59,440 nt of DNA. It comes from Candidatus Amesbacteria bacterium. Its GTDB lineage: Bacteria; Patescibacteriota; Microgenomatia; CAZETR01; Amesbacteraceae. Numbering within the stretch: the stretch's first letter is position 1; each line of letters starts with the position of its first letter. A model generated the notes under the pieces. The model saw only the letters and a program-made list of their open reading frames with translations. It searched no databases and was not told where the DNA came from. Shown here piece after piece: positions 35,952 through 44,376 of the stretch. Location of the stretch: assembly GCA_027331445.1 (NCBI GenBank), contig DAHWUD010000001.1, positions 109,157 to 168,596 of the forward strand, read 5' to 3'. A program made the position numbers and the translations under genes.

Positions 35952-36689
35952 ATGCTCACCGCCGTCGTTTTGAGCCATAACGAAGATGCCCATCTTTCCC
36001 GTTGTCTGTCCTCGCTCAAGTTTGCCGACCAGCTGTTGGTGATCGACGACAGTTCTACCGACGACACCCGAGCGGTTGCCGCCTCCTTTTCAGCCCGGGT
36101 CGTCTCCCATCCTCTCAATTCAAATTTTTCCGCCCAGCGCAATTTTGCCCTCAGTCAGATTCGCTCCGGCTGGGTGCTGTTTGTGGACGCCGATGAAGTC
36201 GTTTCCTCCCCCCTCCGTTTTGCGATCACTTCTGCCGTCGGGAAGCTGGGTATTAACGGCTACTTTATTCCCCGGGAAGACTTTCTCTGGGGCCGGGCCC
36301 TGACTCACGGAGACAATCGCGTTGAACTGCTGCGCTTGGCCAGAAAAGGCAGCGGCCACTGGTTTGGTAAGGTCCATGAATCCTGGCTGATCCGGGGTCC
36401 GGTTGGCCGCCTGTCTTTTCCGCTGCTGCACTACCCTCACCCCACCGTTGCCGAATTTGTCTCTCATATCGACCGTTACTCCACCATCCGGGCCGGTGAA
36501 TTGCATCATGAAAGTGTTCGGGTAAATATTTTTTCGGTTATTCTTTTTCCGTTGGGGAAATTCCTTCACCTTTATTTAATTAAACTGGGGTTTTTAGACG
36601 GCATGCCCGGTCTTATCTCCGCCCTCATGATGTCTTTTTACTCATTTTTGGTCCGGGCCAAACTCTACCTGCTCTATCGCCATGTTTAA
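35952..36689 (+). CDS. Glycosyltransferase family 2 (KdtX-like)
   Basis: VIDDSSTDDT, FSAQRNFAL, WVLFVDADE, KVHE, LLHY, GFLDG..G. Confidence 0.9.
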   Translation: MLTAVVLSHNEDAHLSRCLSSLKFADQLLVIDDSSTDDTRAVAASFSARVVSHPLNSNFSAQRNFALSQIRSGWVLFVDADEVVSSPLRFAITSAVGKLGINGYFIPREDFLWGRALTHGDNRVELLRLARKGSGHWFGKVHESWLIRGPVGRLSFPLLHYPHPTVAEFVSHIDRYSTIRAGELHHESVRVNIFSVILFPLGKFLHLYLIKLGFLDGMPGLISALMMSFYSFLVRAKLYLLYRHV

Positions 36690-37839
36690 CCTCGTTGCTG
36701 GCCTTTTTGCCGTGGCCCTGATTATTGGCAACACCCTAAGGCCCTCATTCATCAGCCCCGATGTTCACGTTTCCGTCCTGGATTTCACCGTCGTCATGGT
36801 CTGGCTGCTGGCCTTTATTCCCCTGGTTAAGTCCGGCTTTAAATCTATCTCTTCTCCGCTGGTCAAACCTATCCTGGCTTTTTTGGCGGTGGGTTTTATT
36901 TCGCTTTTAGTTTCCGGATCCCATTACGGCCACACTGCCATGTTGGTCGGGTTTCTTTATTTAGTTCGCTGGGGGGTTTACGCCCTGCTGTTTGTCCCGG
37001 TAGCCACGCTTCTGTCTTCATCTCAATCGGGCCGGCTCCAGAGATTCCTGGGCTTCGCCTTGGTCGCCGTCTGCCTGGCCCAATATCTGCTTGTGCCGGA
37101 TATCCGGCCCTTGGCGGCCAATAATTGGGACCCGCATTATTTTCGGGTCGTGGGCTCGTTGTTAGACCCGGGATTTACCGGTATTTTACTAGTGTTTGTC
37201 CTTCTTGGACAAACCGGCGACCTCAGCCCTTTCCCCCTGTTTTACTCCCTTTCCTGGGCCGTCGCCTATTTCACCCTCGCTTTTACTTATTCCCGAAGCT
37301 CTTTTTTGGCCTTTTTGGCTGGATTCACTACCCATGCCGTCCGCAGGAAATCCCGGCGCTATTTTCTCTCGGCCCTGATTTTGGTCAGTCTGACTTTAAT
37401 TCTCCTGCCCCGCACCTCCGACGGCGAAGGCGTCAAATTGGAGCGCACCAGTACTATTGAAGCCCGGCTCATCGGCTGGGGTCATACCCTGACTATTTTC
37501 AAGGACCATCCGCTAATCGGTGTCGGCTTTGATACTTATCGCTACGCTCAGGCGGCCTACGGGTACCTGGGAGTAAGAGATTGGCAGACCTCGCACGCCG
37601 GAGCCGGCGCCGACTCCTCGCTGCTCTTTGTCGCCGCTACTACCGGGGTTATCGGTCTGGCCGCTTATCTCTGGTATCTGCTCCGCTTGTGGACGGCTTC
37701 CCGGTCTCATTTTGCCTTTCGGGCCGGCCTGGTCGCCCTCTTTTTCCATAGCTGGTTTCTCAATTCCCAGTTTTATCCTTTTGTAATGGTCTGGATTAGT
37801 CTCTGGTTGGTATCCTCAGGGGTTAAAAGTCGCCACTAA
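36682..37839 (+). CDS. O-antigen ligase / Wzy_C-family membrane protein
   Basis: R..GSLLDPGF.G, FTYSRSS, R...W, PLIGVGF..Y, A...DSSLL...ATTG..G. Confidence 0.8.
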   Translation: MFNLVAGLFAVALIIGNTLRPSFISPDVHVSVLDFTVVMVWLLAFIPLVKSGFKSISSPLVKPILAFLAVGFISLLVSGSHYGHTAMLVGFLYLVRWGVYALLFVPVATLLSSSQSGRLQRFLGFALVAVCLAQYLLVPDIRPLAANNWDPHYFRVVGSLLDPGFTGILLVFVLLGQTGDLSPFPLFYSLSWAVAYFTLAFTYSRSSFLAFLAGFTTHAVRRKSRRYFLSALILVSLTLILLPRTSDGEGVKLERTSTIEARLIGWGHTLTIFKDHPLIGVGFDTYRYAQAAYGYLGVRDWQTSHAGAGADSSLLFVAATTGVIGLAAYLWYLLRLWTASRSHFAFRAGLVALFFHSWFLNSQFYPFVMVWISLWLVSSGVKSRH

Positions 37840-38526
37840 TTCTTTGCGTGTCTGGTTACCCGCGTCGTCCGTGGCCACGAATACCAGCGTATTATCTCCT
37901 GCGGACAGGTTCCATTTCAGGTCAAAACTGCCGTCGTCTCCCACGATTACCACCCGGTCATTGATCGTCAGACTATCGCCGGGGTCTACCGAACCGTTGA
38001 TATCAATGCCGGAGTCGCCGCTGAAGGTCTGTCTGTCGGTTGGCGAGTTCACGTTCAGTTTGGGTTGCTGGTTTGAATAAGTCATATCCGCCTCTGCCGA
38101 AGGTTGGCTTTTATTACCGGCCTGGTCCACGGCAATTGCCAGAAGTGAATTCTTTCCCGAAGTCAGGGCGACATTATCGAAACTAAACCCGCCGTCCGTC
38201 CCCACCTTGATGCTTCCTACGGTTTTGCCGTTCAGCGTCAATATCACCTGGGACTGCGGTTCAGCAAACCCCGAAATTTTCTGGACGGCGCTATTTGTAG
38301 CGCTCCATTGCAGGTTAATGGTGGGCGGAGCCGGGGGAATCAAATCGTTTCCCGACCCGGATCCGGCCTTGCGTTCACCGATCACATACACCATTTTTAC
38401 GATGGCCGGGATTCCCAGTGTTACCATACCTATTATCACTAAAATTATCCCGATGGAAAACATAATCACCTTGCGGATGTTCCGTTTTTCCTCCATTCGC
38501 ACCAGCCGGCTGTTTATCATAGCCAT
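37816..38526 (-). CDS. Membrane-anchored protein with two Ig-like beta-sandwich domains
   Basis: One TM, PPAPP linker, LTSGKN.L.A.AVDQAGN and LSAGDN.L.F.ATDDAGN repeats. Confidence 0.7.
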   Translation of the reverse strand: MAMINSRLVRMEEKRNIRKVIMFSIGIILVIIGMVTLGIPAIVKMVYVIGERKAGSGSGNDLIPPAPPTINLQWSATNSAVQKISGFAEPQSQVILTLNGKTVGSIKVGTDGGFSFDNVALTSGKNSLLAIAVDQAGNKSQPSAEADMTYSNQQPKLNVNSPTDRQTFSGDSGIDINGSVDPGDSLTINDRVVIVGDDGSFDLKWNLSAGDNTLVFVATDDAGNQTRKELVATFNP

Positions 38527-38562
38527 AGCTTCATTTTACCCCCGCTGTTAAAATAATGCTGT

Positions 38563-38634
38563 GCCGGGGTAGCTCAGTGGTAGAGCGGCGGTATCGTAAA
38601 CCGCGGGTCGGGAGTTCAAATCTCCCCCCCGGCT
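38563..38634 (+). tRNA. tRNA-Thr(CGT), no encoded CCA
   Basis: GCCGGGG/CCCCGGC acceptor, GCGGT-atCGTaa-ACCGC, GGGAG-TTCAAAT-CTCCC. Confidence 0.92.
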
Positions 38635-38930
38635 CAGGAACTTATTGTCACCCCCACCAGATCTATGAGGGGAAAGATTTTTCTCACTTCCTGTCTGAAT
38701 TTCTCCGCCAGATTGGTAGAATAGTTTCCTCTTCCGCTGCCCTCCATCCGCGCGCACAACCTGTTTTCCGTCTCCTCAATCACCCGAACTATCTTTCTTC
38801 CCACTTCATCAAATTCCGCCTTCCCTGATTTTTGATCAGCGGCAAAGCATTTGTAAATAGGGTCAAACTCAGAAAACAATTCTTTATTTCTGTTTATCAT
38901 TTCCGCTACCGCTTCTCTATACTTCACCAT
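38634..38930 (-). CDS. Small helical hypothetical protein (start re-set to ATG 38930)
   Basis: Intact ORF (MVKYREAVAEMINRNKELF...FRQEVRKIFPLIDLVGV) with TATAAT 6 nt upstream. Confidence 0.7.
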   Translation of the reverse strand: MVKYREAVAEMINRNKELFSEFDPIYKCFAADQKSGKAEFDEVGRKIVRVIEETENRLCARMEGSGRGNYSTNLAEKFRQEVRKIFPLIDLVGVTISS

Positions 38931-38956
38931 TGCCAAATTATATCCTATGATGACTT

Positions 38957-40327
38957 ATGCCCGCTTCTTCAGAAAAAATTCTGGAGCAGATGGCCGGATC
39001 GCCGGCCGTAGCGCTGAACCGGACGGTAAAAATCGCCCGCGAATTTTCAGCCCAGGCCCCGGTGCGGAAGGCCAGACGATTTTGGCATGTTCTTGGTCCG
39101 GGATTAACCACCGGTGCCGCCGACGACGATCCATCGGGCATTGCCACCTATTCCCAACAGGGCGCGACCTACGGACTCCAGCTACTCTGGTTGGCCCCTT
39201 TTACCTTCCCGCTCATGGCCATCGTTCAGGAGATGTGCGCCCGCATCGGTCTGGTTACCGGTCGGGGATTGGCCGCCAATATTCGGCTGCATTTTCCCAA
39301 AACCCTGCTCTATCTGTGTACTCTCTTGCTCCTCTTCACCAACGTCCTGAATTTGGGCGCCGATCTGGGAGCCATGGCCAAGGCCACCCAGTTGGTCTTT
39401 CCGCAGTCCAGCTTTTTCCTTCTCGTCTTTGGCTTTACCATCGTCACCCTGCTTCTGCAGATTTTTACCAGTTACAAGGTTTACTCCCGATATCTCAAAT
39501 ATCTGGCCCTGACCCTGGTCGCCTATATTTTTTCCGCCCTGAACATCCCGCACCTCAATTGGGGTCACATCATGACCTCGGCTCTCATCCCGTCGCTCTC
39601 TTTTTCCAAAAACCAGTTAATCCTGATTACCGGCATTCTGGGGACTACCATTTCCCCCTACCTGTTTTTCTGGCAGCCGGCTCAGGAAGTAGAGGAGGAG
39701 ATCCTTAAAGGTAAATCCACTCTTAAACTGCGCCAGGAAGAGTCCACTCCCCACGAGATCAGGAATATGCGCCTGGACGTGTGGAGCGGCATGTTTGTCT
39801 CCAATCTGGTGATGTTTTTTATCATCGTGGCTTGTGCCGCTACTCTCTACTCCGCGGGTATTACCAACATCAACACCGCGGCCGACGCCGCAGCTGCCCT
39901 GCGTCCCCTGGCCGGTGAAAACGCCTATTTGCTCTTTGCCTTGGGAGTCATCGGGGCGGGGCTGCTCGCCATCCCGGTTTTGGCCGGCTCTGCTTCCTAC
40001 GCTATTTCCGAAGCTCTGGGCTGGAAATTTGGCCTGAACCGCAAACTGGGCGAAGCCTCCGCTTTTTACGGTATCATTATTATTGCCATGATTGTGGGTT
40101 TTGCCATCAACTTTATCGGCCTGGATCCCATTAAAGCCCTGATTTACTCAGCCATCGTCAACGGTTTGATCGCTCCGGTGATTTTGTTCTTCATCGTCTC
40201 CATCAGTAGTTCTGCCAAAATCATGGGCAAGTGGGCCAACCATCCCCTCGTTTCCGCTTTAGGTTGGTTTATCACAGCTATTATGTCCCTCTCAGCTGTC
40301 GCCACCCTTTACAGTTTCCTTCCCTGA
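38957..40327 (+). CDS. Nramp/SLC11-family divalent metal transporter (non-canonical motifs)
   Basis: GPGLTTGAADDDPSGI, QEMCARIGLVTGRG, GTTISPYLF. About 11 TMs. Confidence 0.9.
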   Translation: MPASSEKILEQMAGSPAVALNRTVKIAREFSAQAPVRKARRFWHVLGPGLTTGAADDDPSGIATYSQQGATYGLQLLWLAPFTFPLMAIVQEMCARIGLVTGRGLAANIRLHFPKTLLYLCTLLLLFTNVLNLGADLGAMAKATQLVFPQSSFFLLVFGFTIVTLLLQIFTSYKVYSRYLKYLALTLVAYIFSALNIPHLNWGHIMTSALIPSLSFSKNQLILITGILGTTISPYLFFWQPAQEVEEEILKGKSTLKLRQEESTPHEIRNMRLDVWSGMFVSNLVMFFIIVACAATLYSAGITNINTAADAAAALRPLAGENAYLLFALGVIGAGLLAIPVLAGSASYAISEALGWKFGLNRKLGEASAFYGIIIIAMIVGFAINFIGLDPIKALIYSAIVNGLIAPVILFFIVSISSSAKIMGKWANHPLVSALGWFITAIMSLSAVATLYSFLP

Positions 40328-40351
40328 CGGGATTGTTATATCATTAAACTC

Positions 40352-41311
40352 ATGGTGACCCCGGAACTTTCTAAATATGTGGCTGACCAGTTACGGGCCG
40401 GCTATTCTCCGGATGCCATTCGCTCCGCCTTAGTCAGCGGTGGCTGGAGTCCGGCCGATGCCGCTCAGGCCGTGGCTCCGGCTCCTCCGCCTCCCGCAGC
40501 TACAAATTCCCCGCCGCCCTCCAAAAAACAGCCTCTGCTGATGTTTTTGATTACGATTTTCATCGGCTTGGGCATCATCGCCGCCGTCTACGTTTTAAGA
40601 AAACCTGCTCCGGCCAGATTTTTGCCCCCTTCGGCTTATACCTCATCTTCTCCCGCCCCGTCCTCTCCTCCTTCTCCGACCAGTTTGTTCAAGGATCTGG
40701 GCCTCAGTTTTTCCTATGATTCTTCCTGGAAAAAAGTGGGTATGAATGGTCTTCTCACCGGCCAACCGGCAGCTTCCCCTTCCGCCGGATCGCTTCCTGA
40801 ATCTCAATACCTGTTTTTTGCTCCGGATCATTACCGGCAGGTGGTAGCAGAGCTGCAAACCCTTAATTCCTCCGCTTCCGCGACTCCCGGTTTCGACTCT
40901 GCCTCTTCCCTCCTCGGCCAAATTAGTGCTCAAACAGATTTGAGTCTGACTCTCGTCAGCCGGCAAACCGCTCTGTCCTCTGCCCAGCAAGCCACCAAGT
41001 CCCGCTGCCAGGGGGCAAACCTTAGTTTTTCCACTTCAAATCCTGTAGACAATTCGCGCATCCGGACGGCTACCGTTGCAGGTGAAGCCGCCTACTATCT
41101 GCTTCCCGAGCCCGGCTGCAGTTCTCAGACCCTGACTCTGTTTTTTGACAATCCGCTCACTTCTTCCACACCCACTTCGCTCCCCGGTATAACTATCATC
41201 GGCGGACCTCCCTCTCAAAATAATAGTTACATTATTGCTTTTCCGGCCTCGGATTTAGCGCATCTCACCTCGGATCAGCAGCTCATCCTCCAAAGCCTTG
41301 AATTTCAATAA
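40352..41311 (+). CDS. Hypothetical single-pass membrane protein (small N-terminal helical domain, Pro/Ser linkers, extracellular domain)
   Basis: QLRAGYSPDAIRSALVSGGW N-terminus, Pro-rich linker, TM, then LGLSFSYDSSW. Confidence 0.7.
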   Translation: MVTPELSKYVADQLRAGYSPDAIRSALVSGGWSPADAAQAVAPAPPPPAATNSPPPSKKQPLLMFLITIFIGLGIIAAVYVLRKPAPARFLPPSAYTSSSPAPSSPPSPTSLFKDLGLSFSYDSSWKKVGMNGLLTGQPAASPSAGSLPESQYLFFAPDHYRQVVAELQTLNSSASATPGFDSASSLLGQISAQTDLSLTLVSRQTALSSAQQATKSRCQGANLSFSTSNPVDNSRIRTATVAGEAAYYLLPEPGCSSQTLTLFFDNPLTSSTPTSLPGITIIGGPPSQNNSYIIAFPASDLAHLTSDQQLILQSLEFQ

Positions 41312-41333
41312 CCTCGTCTGATATATTTGAGTC

Positions 41334-41864
41334 GTGCTCAAACCAAATCAGGAAAAATATCTATCCACCCTTCCCACCAATATCCCTGTGGTCATAAAGC
41401 CGTACGAGCCCAAATTAAAAGCAGTTGCGGAAGAGATCATCGGACTGGTTCATAAAATCGATCCTCATCTGGAAGTACTATTTATGGGTGCTGCCGGCCT
41501 GGGAATCTCCGGCCAGGGGGACTTGGACTTGTATATTTTATGTCTCCCCGGCAAATTCGCCGGCTATCTACCGGATTTAAAGGCATTATTTGGTGAACCA
41601 ATAAAAGTAAAAGAGACTTTCATTGCCTGGGAATTTACCAGGAACGAAATTCCCGTGCAGCTGTACTTGACCGACCCCGGTGATGAAATTTATAACACCG
41701 GTATGAAAGAGCAGATTGATATATTTAACATATTAAAGAATAACCCGAGTTTACTAAGAGAGTACGCAGATCTGAAAGTTAGCCTTAATGGCCAGTCTTT
41801 AAGGGAATACCAAAGGCAAAAATATGAGTTTTATAATCGAGTGTTAAACGGAAAGCGAAGTTAA
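41334..41864 (+). CDS. GrpB/UPF0157-like nucleotidyltransferase-fold protein
   Basis: V.IKPYEP, GAAGLGISGQGDLDL (G..DxD), Y..LK......Y...K.EF C-terminus. Confidence 0.7.
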   Translation: MLKPNQEKYLSTLPTNIPVVIKPYEPKLKAVAEEIIGLVHKIDPHLEVLFMGAAGLGISGQGDLDLYILCLPGKFAGYLPDLKALFGEPIKVKETFIAWEFTRNEIPVQLYLTDPGDEIYNTGMKEQIDIFNILKNNPSLLREYADLKVSLNGQSLREYQRQKYEFYNRVLNGKRS

Positions 41865-41934
41865 GATAACAAGTCTGCAGCAATCCTCTTTTCCCCCAAG
41901 AAGAAACTATAGGTCTGTTATAATAGCGTCTATC

Positions 41935-43044
41935 ATGTCTAAAGAAATAGCCTGGGCGGAATGGAACCCTACCATGGTCTGCCCGGCCGCCTTTGCCGCC
42001 AAACAGCCTGAAATTATGGGTAAGTTTTCCGGCTGTACCTACTGTTACGCCGCTCCCGGTATGCCTCATACCCCCGAAGAAAGGCTCAGGTTCTCCCAGC
42101 AGGAGCTGTCTACCGCACAAGCGCTGAATCTATTAGACCGGTTAGCCGATAGGCACATCCCGAGGCTTTCATTTTTAGGCGGCGAACCCCAGTCCAGAAA
42201 AGATTTTGCCGCCTTAGTGGCTCATGCGGTGGAAAAATTTGAACTGGTTTCAGTCACCACCAATGGTATGGGTACTAAAAAGAACCAGGAAGCCCTAATG
42301 ACAGCCTCTGTCGTTGAAGTCAGCTTAGACTCACATGACTTTGCCATCGCCTCCCAAACTCGCCCCCCGGCAGTAGTTAAATCGGCCTTAGACACAATCG
42401 ATACCTTAAAAGACCACCCCTTTCTTTGTTTATCCTCAGTCGTCACCCCGGAATCGCTGGCCCAGCTACCGGAATTTATCAACTGGGCTTTTAAAAACAA
42501 GGGGATTAAGAGAATCAATCTCTACCCCCTCTTAGGCAGCTCAGAGGTCCCTGATCGGCTGGTGTTGTCTCCAAACCAAGCCCAAAACCTGCTTACCGAC
42601 TTAGAATCTCAATATCCTACATATGGTGAAAGAGTCTGTAAAGCCGGTCAGCATGTCGTAGTCAATCACGATGGCTCAGTCTTACCCTGTGCCGCCTTTT
42701 TGGGTGGAACAATGGATAGCGAAACCACCTGGAAAACTATCGGGCAGTTCGCAGGACATGATTTCTCGCCCCTCGCTCCGGTCGACAAGCTGGAGCCGCC
42801 GGGATGTCCGGGAAAAAAACTTTATGACTCCGGCTGGTCACGGGAAGTGATTAAGACCGGTGAAGTAAAACCGGCAGTTCAGAACGGCAACTATTGCATG
42901 CGCTGTAATTTTCCCCACCATGCTGAAAACGGCAACTGCCGGCATTGCGGTTTTGACCATTTTGACCGGACAAACATCCTGATGATGTGTTCCGCCTTTA
43001 CCGTCTACAACCCCGAATTTTTTCCCCAGGCCGGAATTATTTAA
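41935..43044 (+). CDS. Radical SAM protein with non-canonical CX17CX2C motif, SPASM/twitch-like segment and C-terminal CxxC-x10-CxxC
   Basis: C..(17)..CTYC, LSFLGGEP, VTTNG, VSLD, CKAGQHVVVNHDGSVLPC, CMRC...CRHC. Confidence 0.8.
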   Translation: MSKEIAWAEWNPTMVCPAAFAAKQPEIMGKFSGCTYCYAAPGMPHTPEERLRFSQQELSTAQALNLLDRLADRHIPRLSFLGGEPQSRKDFAALVAHAVEKFELVSVTTNGMGTKKNQEALMTASVVEVSLDSHDFAIASQTRPPAVVKSALDTIDTLKDHPFLCLSSVVTPESLAQLPEFINWAFKNKGIKRINLYPLLGSSEVPDRLVLSPNQAQNLLTDLESQYPTYGERVCKAGQHVVVNHDGSVLPCAAFLGGTMDSETTWKTIGQFAGHDFSPLAPVDKLEPPGCPGKKLYDSGWSREVIKTGEVKPAVQNGNYCMRCNFPHHAENGNCRHCGFDHFDRTNILMMCSAFTVYNPEFFPQAGII

Positions 43045-43209
43045 ATCTCCCCAGTTCGCTGGTCTTATTGCATATTTCCGGTATCGTCATCTCTGTGGTA
43101 GCTATTTAGTACTCAGTACACAAAATTAATAGCACAACGTGTGCTCTCTGAGCGGGACAGCAGATGGTGGGACAACTATTACAGCTTTTAAAAGATGGTA
43201 TGACTGAAA

Positions 43210-43536
43210 CTAGATTTCTTTTTCAGCAATTATCTTCTTTTCCAACTCGTCCATGGATTCCATAAAGGTCTTTTCTAAATTTACTCCATACTTCTCTGCC
43301 AATACCATTACACACCACAAACAATCTGATAATTCATGGGCTAACTTTTTATCGACATCTTCAATTTTCCTAATACCAGATTTCCCCATTACAAGCTTCA
43401 TCAGGTCACCCACATCTCCTACAAACCCTTCCATAATTTGTTCTCTATTCCATTCCTTTCCATACTTTTTTAATTCCATTTCAGAATACTTGCCTCGTAT
43501 CTCAACTGCCCTATGTATAACCTTTTGGAAATCCAT
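43210..43536 (-). CDS. MazG-like nucleotide pyrophosphohydrolase
   Basis: GDVGDLMK, HELSDCLW....LA..YGVNLE all-alpha NTP-PPase pattern. AT-rich. Confidence 0.8.
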   Translation of the reverse strand: MDFQKVIHRAVEIRGKYSEMELKKYGKEWNREQIMEGFVGDVGDLMKLVMGKSGIRKIEDVDKKLAHELSDCLWCVMVLAEKYGVNLEKTFMESMDELEKKIIAEKEI

Positions 43537-43575
43537 ATCCGAAGTATATCAGCTTATACCAACTATAACACTCAG

Positions 43576-43646
43576 AGCGGGATAAGGGAATCGAACCCTC
43601 TTCTCATCCTTGGGAAGGATGCATTCTACCGGTGAACTAATCCCGC
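43576..43646 (-). tRNA. tRNA-Gly(CCC)
   Basis: Reverse complement GCGGGAT/ATCCCGC acceptor, CATCC-ttCCCaa-GGATG, TTCGATT T-loop, 71 nt. Confidence 0.95.
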
Positions 43647-43662
43647 AGCACGAAGTGCAAGG

Positions 43663-43712
43663 GATATGGAAGAATCCTCGAGCGTCAGCGGGAGGTAAGT
43701 GTCTTCCATATC
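43663..43712. other. Long hairpin: perfect 11-bp inverted repeat with a nested inner stem
   Basis: GATATGGAAGA (43663-43673) / TCTTCCATATC (43702-43712). Inner CCTC/GAGG. Confidence 0.7.
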
Positions 43713-43732
43713 ACGCAAACACCACAGATCTA

Positions 43733-44287
43733 TTATATCTTACCGCACCGGACCTTAAGTACATTCCCGGGGTGGATGAGCCTGGGATTAGCCAGGCTAT
43801 TGTCCGCAGCAATCTGCGTCCACACAAAACCACTGCCGCACAGCTTCACTCCGATGTTCCATAAATTATCTCCGGCCACGACCGTATAAGTCTGCGGTGT
43901 CGCAGCTGCCGCCGCCTCAATCTTGGGTAGGGTAATCTGCACTCCTGCATATACCAGGTTAGGATTGGAGATTTTATCCTTATTTTCGGTATAAACCTTT
44001 GACCACTCGTACCCGGACCCGTACACGGTTTGGGCAATCTTCCACAGAGAATCTCCCGGTTTTAGGATGTAATTCGTCGGCAAATCCGTGGTTTTGATCT
44101 CTCCCAGCGGTTTCGGCTGGGTCGACTGGGTGGCTTCCGTATTGGCCGATGAGTTAGAAATCTGCCCCTGGTTGACAGATTTAAAGTAACCCCACAACAG
44201 ATAAACTACCAGCAAAACCGCCAAAACTCCCAAAACGCCGCTGATTGTGTCCTCGTTTAATTTAAATTTCTTGAGAAGGTCCTTCAC
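43733..44287 (-). CDS. Membrane-anchored protein with two LysM peptidoglycan-binding domains (likely GTG start 44287; ORF track extends to 44359)
   Basis: TM, then YILKPGDSLWKIA...NPNL and YTVVAGDNLWNI...NPRLIHPG. Confidence 0.88.
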   Translation of the reverse strand: MKDLLKKFKLNEDTISGVLGVLAVLLVVYLLWGYFKSVNQGQISNSSANTEATQSTQPKPLGEIKTTDLPTNYILKPGDSLWKIAQTVYGSGYEWSKVYTENKDKISNPNLVYAGVQITLPKIEAAAAATPQTYTVVAGDNLWNIGVKLCGSGFVWTQIAADNSLANPRLIHPGNVLKVRCGKI

Positions 44288-44376
44288 GTCAGTCTTTCCG
44301 GGCAGAAAGAGCAATTTGTCCACAATATATACCCGGTATTTTCGATTTTCAACCCCCAAGTGTTATATTTATCACT

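Noticed and set aside
41935-43044. Calling the radical SAM protein a prokaryotic viperin or a RiPP maturase
   Set aside because: It lacks the canonical CX3CX2C spacing and other viperin hallmarks I know, and no plausible precursor-peptide ORF lies next to it.
43610-43864. 84-aa ORF on the + strand
   Set aside because: It overlaps tRNA-Gly, the hairpin and the LysM gene in antisense.
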